DNA of 64,000 nucleotides from Octopus vulgaris. Taxonomy: Eukaryota. Location: contig OX597815.1 of NCBI GenBank assembly GCA_951406725.2, forward strand, positions 104,160,001-104,224,000, given 5' to 3'. This document shows, in pieces, positions 41,113-54,377 of this stretch. The notes below the pieces were generated by a model. It saw nothing but the letters and a program-made list of their open reading frames with translations, had not been told where the DNA came from and searched no databases. The translations under genes were made by a program, and so were the position numbers. The first letter of the stretch is position 1. Each line of letters begins with the position of its first letter.

Positions 41113-41500
41113 TCCCTTATTTTTTTTTTCAATAATAGGCTCAATTGAATTTAGCCTGGAATAAGTACAAAATATTCCTGGTCATAAAATAATGAAGCGA
41201 ACATAGTCACAAAACTATCATTCTCCACATACGCGCAAACACATGCACACACAGATGCATATACACTCTTGCGCGCGCGCATACACACACATACACAAAC
41301 GCGCGCGTGCTTACATTCAGATATGCTTTCGCTAACATTCATACCCGACTGATCTTTACCCTAAATTCTACAGCTAACTGACACCGTTTGACCCCACTGC
41401 CAACAATGCTTCAATACCATTTTCTATTATTCTATAAAATCCATTAAAATTCCATTTTTCTAATTTACCATTCACTAAGCCACACATGTACGCGTGCACA

Positions 41501-41534
<34 letters not shown>

Positions 41535-41816
41535 AACACACACATGCACATACATACACACGCGCGTGCGCACGCACACACACATGCACATACATACACA
41601 CGCGCGTGCGCACGCACACACACAACACTCCGACTAAAGAAATTTGTTCAAATTTGATTTCCAGAAAAAAAAATCAGAATTTGTTTCAAATTCATCATTG
41701 ACCTGCTGCATCAGTTGACACGCAGACGCTTACGCACGCACTCACATACATACATACATACATACATACATACATACATACATACATACATACATACATA
41801 CATACATACATACATA

Positions 41817-42120
41817 GGAGCACTCCGTCGGTTACGACGACGAGGGTCCCAGCTGATACCATCAACGGAACAGCTTGCTCGTGAAATTAACGTGCAAGTG
41901 ACTGAGCAATCCACACACACACGAGTACCCCTAACGTAGTTCTCAGGGAGATTCAGCGTGACACAGAGTATGACAAGGCCGGCCCTTTGAAATACAAGTA
42001 CAACTCATTTTTACCAGTTGAGTGGACTGGAGCAACATGAAATAAAGTGTCTTGCTCAAGGACACAACGCGTCGCCGGGAATTAAGCTCACGACCTTACA
42101 ATCGTGAGCCACGCGCCTTC
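41817..42120 (-). mobile_element. tRNA-derived SINE
   Basis: Minus head gaaggcgcgtggctcacgattgtaaggtcgtgagcttaattcccggcgacgcgttgtgtccttgagcaagacactttatttc; flanked by (CATA)n on both sides. Confidence 0.85.
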
Positions 42121-42142
42121 ACCACATACATACATACATACA

Positions 42143-42176
<34 letters not shown>

Positions 42177-42249
42177 CACAACCAAATAACAATTTGGCTC
42201 TCAAAATAGAATAGAAAAATAAAATAAACCAAACAAAACCCAAATAAGT

Positions 42250-42415
42250 TAGGTGATACCACATAGTTCCCCCATCACCGCTTGACAATCGGTGTTGGTG
42301 TAGAGACTGGCAGAATAAGTTAGTCCTAGGGTCGATGTTTCTATTAAAACTCTTCAAGGTTGCTCCCCAGCATGGCCGCAGTCAAATGACTGAAACAAGT
42401 AAATACGAAAAGAAA
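42250..42415 (+). mobile_element. SINE 3' fragment
   Basis: ccatcaccgcttgacaatcggtgttggtg...ggttgctccccagcatggccgcagtcaaatgactgaaacaagtaaa. Confidence 0.7.
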
Positions 42416-43112
42416 ATGAAGTTGAGATAAAGAAGACACCCACACTCCAATTAGGAAACCATACTTACTTATCCACACATTACCATCACTGAACGTATAA
42501 AGACATATTTCCACATCCCAGATTTCTTACCGGGATGAAACCAGTCGTCAATATGAAGCACTGACCCATCGATTACCCCAATAAAGTTCTTACTCCACAT
42601 TTAACCTGTACTGTGTTCTCTTTACCTTAGAGGTGACCAAAGATGATGTAATGACCGTTTCATAAGTGTGTGTGTGTGTGTAAATATAAACAAACTAACG
42701 AAATGTTTATTGTACGATACAAATAAGATAACAATTTGTTTTGTTTTGTTTTTGTTTTTTTCGAATGCAGAAACGCCGTTAGAACAGTAGAAATACTGGG
42801 TAAGTTACCCTTACAAAGCGGAAAAACATATGTCAACAAATAGTCATAGACTCCGGCTGAGTGCTTTACCATTAAGCTAACGTGCCCGCTGACAAATTTA
42901 TCCACAAATATAGATGCTATAAAGCTAAGTGCAAACTACGTATATAAAAATATAAACAAGTTAACATTTGTTATTTTATAAGTGTTGGCGTTTCTGCGTT
43001 CAAAAAAATCATCTTATTTGTGTGTGTGTATATATATATATATATACACGAAGAATTCACAAAAAAAACAAAAGACGAAGACAGGTGGTGTAGACAACAA
43101 ACAGATGTATTA

Positions 43113-43181
<69 letters not shown>

Positions 43182-43358
43182 TATATATATATATGGGTGT
43201 GTGTGATTGTGTATAGAAGAATATATTAATAAAAAGAATTCCAACCTTGTCTGATTTTCACGTTTTATTTACAATCTTATAATGATATATTATAAGATAA
43301 TATATTATAATTGAGTAAAATAAAATGAAATAGTAGAATGTTAAATATTCATTCTGAT

Positions 43359-43403
43359 TGAACTAGTACTTTCATGCATTGAATTCTGCAATCTTCGGGT
43401 TCA
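43359..43403 (-). ncRNA. Minimal type I hammerhead-like motif with CCGAAGA core
   Basis: Minus: tgaac-CCGAAGA-ttgca-gaattcaa-tgcat-GAAA-gtac-TA-gttca. 5-bp stem I, 4-bp stem II, palindromic AGTACT stem III, CUA triplet. Confidence 0.6.
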
Positions 43404-43440
43404 TGTAGTAGTGTTGACAGTCATGCTTCACAATTTTTGA

Positions 43441-43482
<42 letters not shown>

Positions 43483-43485
<3 letters not shown>

Positions 43486-44637
43486 CGGTTTTTCAATTAC
43501 ATGAACTGAAAGTTGGAGGATGATGGGATAAACTACCTGCATCAACTTGCAAAAAAAAGCAGGTAGTAATTTTACCTTGTCCTTATTCTCCGTGCAAGTT
43601 TTGAAGAGTGCAGTTCGATTTTAAGAGTAATTGTTTGAAAGCTCTAATGCTTTATGAGTTCAATAAAGGCAACAATGCAACAGAAAGTGCGCCGAATATT
43701 AATGTTGTATATGGGGATGGGATGATATGCATAAGCCAGTGTCAATGGTGGTTCCAAAATTTTCGAGCCGGAAACTACAGCCTAGAAGACAAACCTCGTT
43801 CTGGAAGATCAGTAGAGCTTGACGAGGGCATCCTGAAAATTCTGGTGAAACAAAATCCTATCGTAACTGTTGAGGAACTAGCAGAGATGCTTGGATTTCG
43901 TCATTCAACCATTTATCGACACCGGCGTACCATCGGAAAAGTCAATGAGTTTCGGAGTCTAATCGTGCGCAGAGAGTGAATGTGTGTTCTTGTTTGCTGT
44001 CACGTCTGACAAATGAAATTTTTTTTAACCAAATAACGACTAGTGATGACAAATGGGTTCTCTATAAAAATGTCAAGCACCGAAGACAGTGGGTAGGGAA
44101 AGGTGAAATACCGTTACTCCAGGCTAAAGAAGGTCTTCACCTACGTAAGGTGTTGCTATCTGTTCGGTGGGATATGAAAGGTTTAGTCCACTTTGAACTT
44201 TTAAACCCAAACAAAACTATAACGAAAAATCTACTGCGAGCAGTGTTAGAAGGTAAACGACCATCTTCACGACGAAAGGTGTTCTTCCACATTCAGTGAT
44301 GATGACATTCCAAAGGCTGGACCAGTTTGAATGCGAAAAGATGCTCCACTCTTCATATTCGCCTGGCAATGTTCCATCTGATTATCATTTAACAGTCGTT
44401 AAAATCGTTTGGGCAGAAAAAATTTAATTCTGTAGATGAGGTCAGAATAATACAGGAGGAGTATTTTTCATCACGGACAAGTGGATTTTGGAAGAGGGGC
44501 CTAGCAAGTCTACCAGATACATGGAAGAGCATTGTAGAAAATGGAGAATATATTTTAGGTTAAAAAGGGACTTGGTTTATCTTAATTTTGAAAAATTAAA
44601 GTATGAAAAAAAACGCCTTATTTATGAGATGACCCAA
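43483..44637 (+). mobile_element. Degenerate mariner transposon (left TIR eroded into (TA)n)
   Basis: ORFs 43608-43979 (LMLYEFNKGNNATE..WFQNFRAGNYSLEDKPRSGR) and 43976-44299 (ITTSDDKWVLY, KVLLSVRWDMKG); PHSSYSP..VPSDYHL; right TIR ttatttatgagatgacccaa|TA. Confidence 0.92.
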
Positions 44638-44989
44638 TATATATAAAACAAATTATTAAGCGATTAGAACCTAAAGACAAAATTAATAGAGGTCACAAAA
44701 GTGGCAGAGATAACTGACTAGCACCGGTTTTGCTAAAGATAAGAGTTAAAATAACACAAAAGCCACAAAATTATTGTCTCAATAACTTACAAAGGGAGGT
44801 AAGTCCCCAGCGTACATGGCTGGATCGCGATTTCTGATTTTGATGCAGACCATCTTATGAAATCTAAAAGCCTATTGTACACTCTCACAATCAAGTAGAG
44901 AATCGCGTAGCGAGCCACACCATATATAAAAGGATCAAATAAATGAAGGATACGTGTAACTTCAAAATCTCATTATTTTAGCCGGTAAT

Positions 44990-45859
44990 ATATTACCAGA
45001 GCCATGTGTGATTGTGAAGAGTCTTACTGAAACACATATGGCCTTCAATTGCATACGCTGTCTATCCAGGGTTTAATTATTTCCAGGACCTCAATCTAGG
45101 CGGCAGAGTAACTCTAAGGCTTTGTGGAAAGAAGTAAGGAAGCATCAGATGTTCTTCATAGCTGACAACCTCTAAAACCATGGCACTTGCAGGAAATTTT
45201 GTAACCATAACATTTGGGAGTTCAGAAGGATCTGCACATAACCATCGGTCATTTCTTCTGTTAACTTTTTGATCTTGGTCGAAGTTTTCGTCGTTTCAGA
45301 AAAACCAAATCAAATCTCCTGCTGGGTTTTTCAATTTGTTTAAGAGCTTTTTAGATCTGATGTAGATGTAATGATTTTATTTTGCTTTTTCTGACAAACT
45401 GACCTTTTCTCATCATTTAAGACTTATATCCGATGTCTTTGTGGAAAACATTTCTGAGTGTTCCTTCTGACACACGGAGATCATTTGCAATTGAACTCAT
45501 GGACTTTCTGGGATTGCAATCAATAGTCTGTTGAACTTGCTGGATGAATTCAGGTGTTCTGATGTTTTCAGATCGTTTAGAATGCTTTTTATCCTTTGAT
45601 ATTGGTGATACCTTTCCATCTTCAGTCCCTAGATCCTTACAAGCTTTGTAGACGAAAGATCTGTCAACTTTTAAAAGTCGAGATATTTCTAAATTGCTAT
45701 GCTCAGCCTTTGTAACCACAATAACAGCATGGCTCTACATTTATTGAGCAAGCTGAGAGTCTGCCATTATCACTTTCTGAAACAAAGATTTCACAGAGTT
45801 AGCAAAAGATACAGCAATGACCCAAAAAAGGTATGTTCTGAAATACCTTACGTACCCTG
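44990..45859 (-). mobile_element. maT/Bmmar1-like (Tc1/mariner superfamily) transposon relic, 3'-truncated
   Basis: TIR TA|cagggtacgtaagg; HTH ORF 45417-45719 (RTPEFIQQVQQTIDCNPRKSM); ENFDQDQKVNRRNDRWLCADPSE, TKFPASAMVL, IKPWIDSVC..RPYVFQ*DS. Confidence 0.85.
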
Positions 45860-45904
45860 TATGTATATATATGTATGTATATATATGTATATGTATATAT
45901 ATAT

Positions 45905-46063
45905 AAGACGGACTTCTTTCAGTTTCCGTCTACTAAATCCACTCACAAAGCTTTGGTCGCCCCGAGGCAATAGTAGTAGACACTTGCTCATGTGGCACGT
46001 AGTGGGACTGAACCTGGAGGCGTGTGACTGAGAAGCAAGCTTCTTACCACACAGCCATGACTG

Positions 46064-46067
<4 letters not shown>
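45905..46067 (-). mobile_element. tRNA-derived SINE 5' part
   Basis: Minus ggcgcagtcatggctgtgtggtaagaagcttgcttctcag...ggttcagtcccactacgtgccacatgagcaagtgtc. Confidence 0.82.
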
Positions 46068-46141
<74 letters not shown>

Positions 46142-46240
46142 TATATAGATAGATAGATATAGATATAGATATAGATATATATAGATATATATAGATATAT
46201 ATATATATACATATGTATATATATTCATATATATACTTGC

Positions 46241-46280
<40 letters not shown>

Positions 46281-46449
46281 GTGTATGTGTGTGCCAACTA
46301 TACGGAATTCTATTTCTTTTTTTATCAGAACTAGAAAATATAGGAATTACATGCTTATTGCTAATATTGTTGCAGAAAGTACTTTGGACGAAAATAACCA
46401 AAGCCTACTATAATTTGGAGTGGCAGAAGAGAATGACAATGGGGGTTAA

Positions 46450-47228
46450 CAGGGTGTGGTGAATAAACTGTCGTCTAAATTACGCAACAATGAAAATTAC
46501 ACTGACGTCATATTTTAACAGATATAGTCAACAAATTTGCATAACAATATCTGCAATAATAAAGTAAAACTATTCAATAAAATCGCCATTCTCCTTCTTT
46601 AAGTTGCTGAATGTCACCATGACTCTTGCTTTCAGTTCATCTTTGGTGTCACAAGGAGTTTTGTTGGTCTCTCGCTCAACTGCGCTTCACACATAATAAT
46701 CAAGGGGTTTGCAGCCTGGGGAGTTAGGTGGTCAGACGTTAGGGTGATGTGGTGGGAGAAATTGTCTGACAGCCATGACAGGGTTCTGCCGTCTGTGTGG
46801 CATTGTTCAGAGTCTTCTTGCCAGATATAGGGTCTTCCTGCGGCCACCCTCTTCACCCAGGGCAGCACTACCTCCTCAAGACGGTATAGGTCTCCGTGTT
46901 GACTCTGTGGCCGTATGAGAAGATTAATGGAGGCATAACGTTACCGTCACTAGTGATCACTCCAAACACCATGATGTTGACTCGATGTTTGATTTTTATC
47001 ACTCTCGGTACAAGAGTCATGTCCTCAGATTGCACTGTCCTAAGATTGACACCCAAACACTTTGAAATGTTCGTATTGTAGCTTCCGGCGCGAAAGCCAA
47101 GCAATACAACATGTTGTTTCCAAATTTCTGGCAGAGTGAATTGCGTCATGGTGGTGTTTTCCTCATAGACGGTGCCCAACTGACCCTACTATACTGTGTA
47201 GTCAACAAAATTAGAAACAAACAGTACA
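46450..47228 (-). mobile_element. maT-like internally deleted transposon
   Basis: TIR cagggtgtggtgaataaactgtcgtc; ORFs MTQFTLPEIWKQH..KHRVNIMVFGVITSDG.VMPP and LPWVKRVAAGRPYIWQEDS; homologous to 52640-53390. Confidence 0.88.
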
Positions 47229-47239
47229 CATCCGGTATA

Positions 47240-47386
47240 TGTATATACCGGAGTAAACACATAAATGTGAAACAAGGTGGAAAAAAGAGTACTCAAATAC
47301 CAGTGGTAGAGTAATATGCTTTTATTTAAAGCAGCAGAAAATTCAGAGTAACAGGTTTTGTTGAATTTTCTGGTGCTTTAAATAAA

Positions 47387-47392
<6 letters not shown>
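47240..47392. repeat. Small (TA)n-flanked element ending in a hairpin
   Basis: atgcttttatttaaagcagcagaaaattca / tgaattttctggtgctttaaataaagtat inverted arms. Confidence 0.7.
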
Positions 47393-47426
<34 letters not shown>

Positions 47427-47448
47427 GTGTGTGTGTTTGTGTGTGTAT

Positions 47449-47521
<73 letters not shown>

Positions 47522-47522
47522 C

Positions 47523-47881
47523 TTAAATAATATGAGTGGCTAATTCGCAATTTTACACCCTAAAGGCAAAAATATATACGTCACTAAAGTGAACAATGGC
47601 ACTAATCAACGCCAGTATTGTTAGAAATAAGAGTCAAAACAACTCAGTAGCCAACAAAAGCACTATCTCAATGAGCTGACAAGGGAGACAAGCTCTCTAC
47701 GGCCGCAGATACAGCCATATCATCGATGATTTCGCCTAGGGTTAAAAATTTATCACGCTTTGTCAGTTCATAAGATTTTGAAATCAGCGTATGATTTCAA
47801 AAACGGTAGAGGTGAAAATTATAAATAATATGGGTGGCTAATTCGCAATTTTACAACCTAAAGGCAAAAATATATACGTCA
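47523..47881. repeat. About 60-bp direct repeats about 298 bp apart (pseudo-LTR-like)
   Basis: taaataatatgagtggctaattcgcaattttacaccctaaaggcaaaaatatatacgtca at 47524 and a near-identical copy at 47822. Confidence 0.85.
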
Positions 47882-48057
47882 TATATGTATGAGAGTTCAT
47901 CGAAGCTAGAAGGCCGAAATTTCGAAGTCGCTGTCACTCTTGATCTTGTAAAAGTTAAATAAACTTGTTCTCTACAAAAAAAGTTGTCTACAAAATAAGT
48001 ATTACGTAGTTTTTCAGTTTGATGTTAAATTGCTTTTAACCAGGCATAAAACACACG

Positions 48058-48099
<42 letters not shown>

Positions 48100-48491
48100 T
48101 ACACAAACACACACGTGCACATACATACGTATACACATATATATACATGTGTGTGTGTGTGTGTGTGTGTGCGAATGAATTTATGTATATGTATATATAT
48201 ACATATACAAATATATGTAACCATCAGAAGTGCAGCAAATAAGGATTGATACCAAACAAACATTTCCCTTAATAATGTAAAGGATTCAAAATAATTGACT
48301 GCGTTGATATGCATCTGTGTGCAATGATCTTTAAACTTCTTTGAAGACCGGTAGTCTCTATTAAAAATACATTAAGCTGTTAGTTTTAGAATATACAAAA
48401 TATATAGCTATAACGGTGTTTTGCTACTTCAAAATCATTAAATCAAGCCCAATGTATGAGTTACTTTCAAAAAATACTATAAACTATAATA

Positions 48492-48920
48492 TTGGTTTCA
48501 AGTTTTGGCTCAAAGCCAGCAGTTTCACTGGAGTGGGTAAGTCGAACACAACGACCACAATGTTCAACAGGTACTTATTTTATCGACTCCGAAGAATTCC
48601 TTGGTGGAATTTGAACACAGAACGTAAAAGAGAGACAAAATGCCGTTAAGCATGTTGCCCGGCGTGCTAACGGGTCTGTCCCCTCGCTGCTTTGCTGTAA
48701 ATTATGATATTGCTTTCAAATTTTGGCCAGCAATTTCGGGAGAGAAGATAAGTCGATTATATCGACCCCAGTGTTCAACTTGTACTTATTTTATCGACTC
48801 CGAAAGGATGAAAGATAATGTCGACTTCGGCGCAGTTTCTACTCAGAAAAGTAAAAGCTGATGAAATACCGTTAAGCATTGTGGCCGGCGTACTAACGAT
48901 TCTGCCTGTTATTGCCGCCC
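48492..48920 (-). mobile_element. Two tandem Meta-like SINE copies
   Basis: Two successive tacttattttatcgactccgaa...aagcat...ccggcgt.ctaacg units. Confidence 0.8.
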
Positions 48921-49097
48921 TACTATAAACTATAATATCAAAACTATATTCCTTTCCGAATGGATTAGTCAGAAAAGTAACATAAATCCCGTGACCCTCT
49001 TTTCGGGGACTCCAGTATTGATGGATGAAGGCAGCGAGAGCTATGCTTAAACAGAGTTGGCCCTACTAAAGACACCGAAAGACCATGTGGTATTGTG

Positions 49098-49480
49098 TCA
49101 TCATCATCATCATGGCTCGGCTTCGCGAACGAAGATCAGGAAGGCTGTCCACGTCGCGTGCATGCAGGCTCATGACTGACAAGTCCGATATGGGAAAGGC
49201 AGGTCCGTGAGTAGTGTCCACAGACGAAGGTAACATCCGGTGTGGTTTCAGAGGCGGCTCGCGTCTTACTCCTGCGTCTCTTGTCTTTAAGTGCGTCTCT
49301 TCTTTGTTCCTCAAACTTGCTGACTGCGTTGAAGATCGTGTGGCGCCAAACATCACGGTCTGCAGCCAGGTCTGACCAGCATTGGTGGTTAATTTGACAT
49401 GCTGTTAGAGACTTCTTGAAGCAGTCTTTGTAGCGCTTCCTCGAAGCTCCTCTCATTCGATGGTCACCGGTATTGTGTAA
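49098..49480 (-). mobile_element. RTE (BovB-like) LINE 3' fragment with (ATG)n tail
   Basis: RKRYKDCFKKSLTACQINHQCWSDLAADRDVWR...FVCGHYSRTCLSHIGLVSH; tail tgatcttcgttcgcgaagccgagccatgatgatg. Confidence 0.88.
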
Positions 49481-50871
49481 ACACCATCTAAAAGGAACAA
49501 TAATTTTGATTTTGCCCATCTAAAAAGAACAATGATTCTGTGTAGTTTCTATCTTGAAGATTAAATTAAATGTGTGCTTCCTTGATATTTTTGTCATTGT
49601 TGTTCACCATTCTTTCGTGAAAAAAGTAATTTTATTGTGTATTGTCAACTCTAGTGCTACTTCAAATATCAAACATTGATGAGTTGTTCATAATACCGTC
49701 ATTATTAACGGTTAACGCCAGATCAGTTCTGATCTGTCATACTTTCGATCGAAATTTTTTTCCAACCTAGAAAACACAGAGTACATCTGGAACTTAATTA
49801 TGCAAATCGCAAAGAGTAATATTTACTCTTAGCTCACTCAAATTTCCTATGTGTCTTTTTCACTGCGCGTGTGTGTATGTGCGTATGAATGATGTAAGTG
49901 GGGACGAGTATCACTATGCGGCACCTTCAGCAAGTGACCTCTGCTCAACCGCAAGTCGCTCTAAGGCTTGTGAGTGAAAATATGGTAGCCCATCAGAGGA
50001 ACAGATGTTGTAATTCAAAAAAAGCCTGCTTTGTTATACACTGTATCACAGGTCTTCCTCAAGAATAAATTACTGATATGTATCCGTGCAACACTCGTCT
50101 ATTTAAATTATAACACGAGTATGTTGTTCCGTTGATCGAGCAACTATGATATTCATCAACGAAACTGACGGAGTATCTATTTATATATGAATATATTTCT
50201 GTATGTGATACATGTATTAAACATATGATACCTATTTCGCATTTAGTTTGTTATTTCTATTACAAATCTTATTGTTGGTATTGCTGAAAGTTACCTAAGA
50301 TAGTATTTACTATATAAACTAGATTTCAGCAACAGTGTAATAGAACTGTCTGCTGTGTAAAAATATTAACTTTTATCTTCTATTGCTGTTTCTTAATTTG
50401 TGTCATTCTCAAAGGAATGATATACCAACTCAGCCTTAGCATCCTACATACTCTGAGAAGTGAACCGCCAGTGTTCATCTATTATCTTGTCTAGATAGTT
50501 TATGCTATCTAATGCCTTCCTCTTTTAGTTTTTCATTCTTATATTATTATGAAAATAAATGGCTCGCAACATCTATAGATCTGCAATAATTTGTCAAAGG
50601 ATTACTTGGATAGAAAACTAGCTTTGATACTGGAAACAGGTTCCTAATTGGTTTATTTGTTATCTTAGAGGTAATAGTTATCATAAATAATCAAGTCTCT
50701 ATTCCTTCTTAGATTGATTACATATAAATTTAAGAATAGAAATTATGTTTCAAAGCTTGGGTGGCGTACATACACACATAAACACAGACATACATATACA
50801 CACGAATGTAAACATATACTCATACACATGTGTATGTATGCAAATATGTTCATGCACATATACATACAGGC

Positions 50872-50923
50872 AGGCAGGTAGACAGACAGACAGACAGACA
50901 GATAGACAGATAGACAGATAGAC

Positions 50924-50996
<73 letters not shown>
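50872..50996. repeat. (GACA)/(GATA)n microsatellite
   Basis: Visible. Confidence 0.95.
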
Positions 50997-50998
<2 letters not shown>

Positions 50999-51996
50999 CT
51001 TTATACCAAGTTTGTGCGTATGTAGATATGGTGTGTGTATGTATGCGTGTTATGTATATATGTAATTATGTTTGTATGTATGTATGAACATACATACGTA
51101 CATACATACAAACATATATACATATGTACACACCAATTTTATGTGTGTGTGTGCAATAGTTTTGATCATAACTATCTATTGTATGTTATATGGGTTTTTC
51201 CTGTGTATATATCTTCAAAGCGATGTGTTTGCTTGTTGCATATATATAAGGATGTGTTTACATGCAAGTTTATGCGTGTGTATATAGGCATGCTATTTTC
51301 TTTCAATATTGCCAAAACCCATTTATCAATGCAGTGCTCATTACACTTTAAAGCTAGATAGCGAGGCACTGTTTGTTGAATAGCATTCACAACGTTAGGC
51401 TGCCAGTTCTGACACGGCCTAACGTCATTTCCTTTCCAATAAATCTTCCACTATATCATCATTGATGGTCATTCATTAACTATAGTGCTCATTTTTAAAA
51501 TCTATAATGCTTGGATACATTTCTTGAACCGAAGAATAACTCGAGATTCGAAGAAACGGAAACAAGTTCAGCCTTATTTGATAACTGTACGGTATTACAT
51601 GAATAAATGTTGTGTAATGTAATATGTGCGTGCGCGCAAATATGTGTGTGTGTTTGTGTGTGTGTGTGTATACATGTATATATATACGTATATCAATACG
51701 TATGTATATCAAATGTCAGGATATGTGATGCACACAAATATTTCGTTTAGTTCATTCTTTAGTTGGTTTCTCGCTTATATCCTTAGTTTTTAGTTTATAT
51801 CCCTAAACGTTTATATAAAAACATAAATGCATTTGCCTTATTGCAAACTGTTCAATAATGCAGTTCTAATGTATAATGTGTGTGTGTTTGTGTGTGTGTG
51901 TATGTCTGTGTGTGCGCGCGCGTGTTTGTGCGTGTTTGCATGTATGCGTGTGTGCGTGGGTACATATATATATGTATACATGCATATGCATATATA

Positions 51997-53390
51997 CAGG
52001 GTGCGATGGGTAAATTGTCGCCATTCTATACTTTTTGATTTCGCATTTTTTTTATTTAGTCGACTACAGAGCATAGTAGGGTTAGTTGGACACCGTCTTT
52101 GAGAAAAACAGCACCATGATTCAATTCACTCTGTCAGAAATTTGGAAACGACATGCTGTATCGCTTGGCATTCGCGCCAGAAGATCCAATACGAACATTT
52201 CGGAGTGTTTTGGTGTCAATCTCAGGTCAGTGCAAAGGATTCAGAAAGAGTTGGATGAGTCTAACGGTGATGAAGAAGGTAAGGCAGCTCAGAAAACTTA
52301 CTATGATCGTTCTGATAAGAAAAGAACTCCTGAATTTGTTAGCCAGATCCAGGTCATGATTGACAACGATCCCTCAAGATTAATCAGATCCATTGCCAGG
52401 GACATAAGAGTGTCTGAGTTTCTTCTCAGGCAGGTAGTGCATGAAGACATTCGGTATTCCTCATACAAGATGAGAAAGGACGAATTTTTATCCTAAGCGA
52501 TCAAGGAGAAGAGGAAAGACCGCGCTACGAAGCTTTTGAACAAACTAACGCATCCTCTCCAACCGAACATGCTTTGGTTTTTTTCATTTCTGCCTGGATA
52601 AGATGGTGAACACACAAAAAAACTGTTGGCTCTTGTACTAATTTTGTCGATTACACAGTATAGTAATGTCACTCTGCCAGGAATTTGGAAACAACATGCT
52701 GTACTGCTTAGCATTCGCGCCGAAAGCTACAATACGAACGTTTCAAAGTGTTTGGGTATCAATCTTAGGACAGTGCAATCTGAGGACATGACACTTGTAC
52801 TGAGAGTGATAAAAATCAAACATACAGTCAACATCATGGTGTTTGAAGTGATCACTAGTGACGGTGACGTTATGCCTCCATTAATCTTCTCACACGGCCA
52901 CAATTTCAACACGGAGGCCTACATCAAGTGCCTGGAGGAGGTAGTGCTGCCCTGGCTCAAGAGGGTGGAAGATCCTATATCTGGCAACAGGACTCTGCAC
53001 CATGTCACGCAAGCAGGAGAACCTAGTCATGGCTGTAAGACAATTTCTGCTACCACATCACCCCTAATATCTGGCCCCTAACTCCCTAGACTGCAACGCC
53101 CTTGATTATTATATGTGGAACGCAGTTGAGCGAGAGACCAACAAAATTCCTTGTAACACCAAATATGAACTGAAGGCAAGAATTATAGCAACATTCACCA
53201 ACTTAAACAAGGAGACTGACCAGAAGAGTTGCAGGAGATTGAGGTTGAAGTCAATGGCGATTTTATTGAATAAATATACTCTTTAGTATTTCGAGATATT
53301 TTTATGTAAATTTGGTAAATATATCTGTTAAAGTGAGATGTCATTATTATTTTAATTTTTATGTAAGTTAGACGACAATTTATTCACTAC
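51997..53390 (+). mobile_element. maT-like transposon with internal duplication of its 5' region
   Basis: TA|cagggtgcgatgggtaaattgtcgcc ... gacgacaatttattcac. ORFs 52086-52496 and 52626-53081 both contain TL.(E/G)IWK.HAV.L.IRA; later NSLDCNALDYYMW (SPD-type motif). Confidence 0.88.
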
Positions 53391-53529
53391 ATTTAATGTT
53401 TAATGTAAGGTTTAATTAAATACTTAATTTTAAGGTGATGTAAATTTAGATTAACAATATTTTGAAAAAGAACCTGAAGATGTGTTGGTATTATTGTAAA
53501 TATGATGACTGCATTTATCTACTTCTATT

Positions 53530-53750
53530 TCTTTACTACCCACAAGGGGCTAAACACAGAGAGGACAAACAAGGACAGACAAACGGATTAAGTCGATTAT
53601 ATCGACCCCAGTGCCTAACTAGTACTTATTTAAGCGACCCCGAAAGGATGAAAGGCAAAGTCGACCTCGGCGGAATTTGAACTCAGAACGTAACGGCAGA
53701 CGAAATACGGCCACGCATTTCGCCCGGCGTGCTAACGTTTCTGCCAGCTC
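53530..53750 (-). mobile_element. tRNA-derived SINE (Meta-like core)
   Basis: Minus gagctggcagaaacgttagcacgccgggcgaaatgcg...gagttcaaattccgccgaggtcgactttgcctttcatcctttcggggtcg. Confidence 0.9.
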
Positions 53751-54377
53751 ATATATATATATTATAATCTTCCAATGCTGAAACACGTGTAGTTCCTTCA
53801 TAATTGATGATTTTAATTTTAACTTAATTAGGAGATAATTTAGGAAATATATTTTATACCCTGCTGGTGTACTGGTTCTATCTTTTAAGGTATTATTTCG
53901 TGATGTACAATAACCACAGCACGCGTCTCGAAGCAAGGTAATAGAAATTTCTGTAAATTTCGTTATTACCGAATTGGTCCGATTTCTGAGTTAATTCATA
54001 AAGAATGTTCTCGTCATCAGCGGTAAATACGTTAAGAAAATAAATGAAATACTTATTTGCACACATGGAACATGCATACGCAAAGCCATGTGTACACTTA
54101 TGTACCCCAAATATACTCAAACAGTCAGCTTTCTTCGAGACGCGTGCTTTTAGAGATGAATTATATGTAGTTATTGATGATTTAAAGTTTATTTCTCTGC
54201 ATATTTGGCACAGGATTTTTTTCTTTTGCCCTTATTTATAAGTTATATATACATACATACATACATACATACATACATACATACATACATACATACATAC
54301 ATACACACACGCACGCGCACGCACACACACACACACACCTATATATATATATATATATATAATTTATAAACAAATCT

